Shown: in pieces, positions 61,355 through 64,000 of the stretch
How the letters are laid out: each line of letters starts with the position of its first letter
How positions within the stretch are numbered: position 1 is the stretch's first letter
DNA from: Candidatus Latescibacterota bacterium
GTDB taxonomy: Bacteria > Latescibacterota > UBA2968 > GCA-2709665
NCBI GenBank assembly: GCA_965203805.1
Contig: OZ241917.1
Location: 5,184,001-5,248,000 of the forward strand
Length of the DNA stretch: 64,000 bases
Reading direction: 5' to 3'
The notes under the pieces: model-generated
Told to the model about the DNA's origin: nothing
The model's database searches: none
Seen by the model: only the letters and a program-made list of their open reading frames with translations
Translations under genes and position numbers: made by a program

Positions 61355-61716
61355 TCGGCTGGTCGTTAATTCCCGTAATTACAAGCAGTTCCAATCCATA
61401 CGGATTTCCGCGCGAAAGGCCTGCGCCAACCGCGACACGTATCGTACATTGAATTGGAACTCTACGCTCCGGGCCGTATCAGAATATCGATCGGCCTTTT
61501 TTCATTCCCTGGCTGAACCCTGGCGTCTCAACGAAACTCAAAACCGTTGCAAGATTCGCATTATTGGATTATATCTTGGTTACACGAGAACCTTTAGTGA
61601 CGCGGCCTGCCGACGTCCCCCGCCGCGCCTTCCCCCGGGTCAGGCCGGAACCCGCCTTATCTGCAGCCTTCCGTTTATAGTCCGAATTCCTTTCATCCAT
61701 CTCGCCGGCGTTCGCC

Positions 61717-62439
61717 ATGGAAAATGGAAGGTGTACAATAAAGACTTCGGACTATGCGCTATTCCTGTCGGAATTGGTGGATCAGAGTGTCGATCTGATC
61801 TTGACCGACCCTCCCTATACCATCAGCCGCAGAACTGGATTCAAGAACGTCGGTCCCAGGAGCGTCGAGCGGTTCGCCGTGGACATGGATTTCGGGGCAT
61901 GGGACCACGCCAGAATCGACCTGGACGTTCTGGCCGAACAGGCATTGCGCGTCCTCCGTCGAGGCGGAACGGCAATCATCTTTTACGATTTGTGGAAGAT
62001 GAGCTATCTGGCTGACAGCATGCACAAAGCCGGTTTCAAGCAATTGCGTTTCATCGAGTGGGTCAAGAAAAACCCCGTTCCGCTGAATAGCAAACGGAAC
62101 TACCTGACCAACAGCCGAGAGATTGCCGTATCGGGTGTCCGGACAGGCAAGCCTACGTTTCATAGCGAATACGACAACGGGATATACTCGTTTCCCATAC
62201 CGAACAATGGCAAACGACATCATCCAACTCAAAAGCCAATGTCTTTATTCAAAGAGCTGATTGAAAAACACAGCAACGACGGTGATCTGGTGGTCGATCC
62301 ATTCCTCGGATCGGGGACCACCGCGATTGCCGCATTGAGCCTTTCAAGGCGTTTCAGCGGATGCGATATCGACAAAGGCTATGTCAAAATTGCGAAAGAG
62401 AGAGTCGATGAGGCGAACCAGGGCAGGCATGACTATTGA
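61717..62439 (+). CDS. Beta-class amino DNA methyltransferase
   Basis: TDPPY is N-terminal; HPTQKP and DPFLGSGTT are C-terminal. Confidence 0.92.
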   Translation: MENGRCTIKTSDYALFLSELVDQSVDLILTDPPYTISRRTGFKNVGPRSVERFAVDMDFGAWDHARIDLDVLAEQALRVLRRGGTAIIFYDLWKMSYLADSMHKAGFKQLRFIEWVKKNPVPLNSKRNYLTNSREIAVSGVRTGKPTFHSEYDNGIYSFPIPNNGKRHHPTQKPMSLFKELIEKHSNDGDLVVDPFLGSGTTAIAALSLSRRFSGCDIDKGYVKIAKERVDEANQGRHDY

Positions 62440-62630
62440 GCTCGCTGGCGGAATCGACGAAGGACGAATTTACAGGGAAAGTGTCCGTAAGTGAGTGAGT
62501 TCTCCGGTCAGGGCAGTGACAACTGTAAAAATCTCGTCTTGACGACATAGGAAAATAAACTTGACACGAGTGCCGAGTTAGTGTACCGTTTCCACAAAGG
62601 TACCAACACGTACGACTGGGAGCATGTGAC

Positions 62631-63122
62631 ATGGGCACTACAGTGATGGATGTAAAGTCAGTGGAGAATTTGCCGTTTGCAATACATAGGCCAATAAGGC
62701 AATATATGGGTGGCCTATCGCACCCCTCGAACGTGAAAGAAATCCGCTTGGGGTTTGAGGAAACGAATAAGGCTATTTTGGCAGTAATGGCCGACTGGTA
62801 CAAGTTTTTGCAGTTGCTTGAGCAGAACCCACAGAATTACAAGTCTATGTGCCGTGACGGCGACGTGGCGGCAACAATCGAAGGACTGGAGGAAGTCGGG
62901 AACAATCCACCTACGGAAGTTTGGACGTCCTTTGGTAAGTTGATTAAGAGATTCGACACCGCCACGTACGAAAAGTTCAAAGAGGTAGATGAAAATGCGA
63001 AGGCGTGCCGCGCACTCCTTCGGGAAGTAAGTTGGAACTTGCTGCTTTTGGACCGAGAACACAAGCCCTGCACTGGAGGCTCTTATCCCATTGATGAAGT
63101 AATTGCAAGTCTGCGGAGTTAG
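62631..63122 (+). CDS. Hypothetical protein, putative antitoxin
   Basis: 163-aa acidic helical ORF ending 2 nt before the RelE-like gene. Confidence 0.55.
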   Translation: MGTTVMDVKSVENLPFAIHRPIRQYMGGLSHPSNVKEIRLGFEETNKAILAVMADWYKFLQLLEQNPQNYKSMCRDGDVAATIEGLEEVGNNPPTEVWTSFGKLIKRFDTATYEKFKEVDENAKACRALLREVSWNLLLLDREHKPCTGGSYPIDEVIASLRS

Positions 63123-63124
63123 AA

Positions 63125-63427
63125 TTGTATGGATCGTTTTTTCCACCCATCGAGCGCATAGAGTTCTATGATAATGGCGTAAAAAAGGACGCACGTAAGT
63201 TGCCGGATCCCGTAAAGGAACGCCTTCGAGAATTCGTAGACGACCTAAAAAACGGCCATGTTTCATCGGTGGGGAAAAATATCTCGCATATCTCAGGCAT
63301 TAAAAAATACCGATTGAACGATCAATTTCGCGTGGCGTTTACCATACGGAAAGACACAGCAAGTATATTATGCATCGGAAACCATGATGAAATGGACGAA
63401 TTCTTGAAAGCAGCCAGACGCCTCTAA
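63125..63427 (+). CDS. RelE/ParE-superfamily toxin
   Basis: KKDARKLP...YRLNDQFRVAF...IGNHDE; about 100 aa. Confidence 0.7.
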   Translation: MYGSFFPPIERIEFYDNGVKKDARKLPDPVKERLREFVDDLKNGHVSSVGKNISHISGIKKYRLNDQFRVAFTIRKDTASILCIGNHDEMDEFLKAARRL

Positions 63428-64000
63428 GCCAATTCCCACCTCTTGTCCCCCCGGCTTTTCAGCCACCGCAGCCACGACGGAAGACCCACCTCATCCGGAC
63501 AATCGTTTGAGCCTTACGGGCATTGTGACGGCCCGCGAACTCCTGGGCATAAATAACCCTTGAATTGAAATCATCTTGCCACATCTTGAAACGTGGCGTC
63601 GTGTGGGATCAAGCCCGATGCTGGGGTAACGGAGTTCCATAGACCACGACGGCGTCGCGAATCGGTGGACCACCCGGGATCAGGCGTCCGGCTGTGAGCG
63701 GAATTTTCCCCGGCTGAACCATGTGTCCTCCGGAGATTTCATGGGGTCCTGGAGATAGAGGCAGCGTTCTCCAAGGACCCTTTTCGTTTTTGGAATATTA
63801 CCGGAAGCAGTAAATAGTGGACAGTGGCCAGTGGTCAGGAAGAGCACGTGTCAGCTTCCATTTATACCCAAGAGCGACAAATAGGTGACAACCAGTCCCC
63901 ACCAATGGAGAGTACGTGGATATAAACTGTAGCGTGCTCCCCGTAATGTGCCTCGCTCAGACCGATTTGCCGGTCGTTTTTCCGGAAAAACGGGCGTATA

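Overview
Bacterial window with a GC-rich core and more AT-rich accessory blocks (GC judged by eye). About 1-18 kb is a decaying anti-phage/restriction island. It holds intact GmrSD, a HEPN-like gene and an N4-cytosine MTase. Four genes (NDT-domain protein, type ISP/IIG RM enzyme, HNH-like protein, PD-(D/E)XK endonuclease) are each split by an IS, and each reading frame reconstitutes exactly when the IS is removed. At 18.5-24.8 kb is the most notable locus: a four-gene operon that parallels the eukaryotic peroxisomal ether-lipid pathway (fatty acyl-CoA reductase, atypical acyltransferase, alkyl-DHAP synthase, DHRS7B/PexRAP-like reductase). Next come bioDA, catabolic oxidoreductases, a divergent pgi, glcB, a xanthine-dehydrogenase-family L-M-S enzyme, an orphan higA and an Omp85 cluster (patatin-Omp85 plus kinase-like-Omp85). 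The right part has a heparinase-like gene, a candidate ~120-nt ncRNA with its own promoter, a TPP-riboswitch thi operon, a sulfatase, pncC, infA, an orphan beta-class MTase and a RelE-type TA pair. The gene content is reminiscent of Latescibacterota/Gemmatimonadota-like lineages (inference only). All family calls come from motif recognition by eye; no searches were run.
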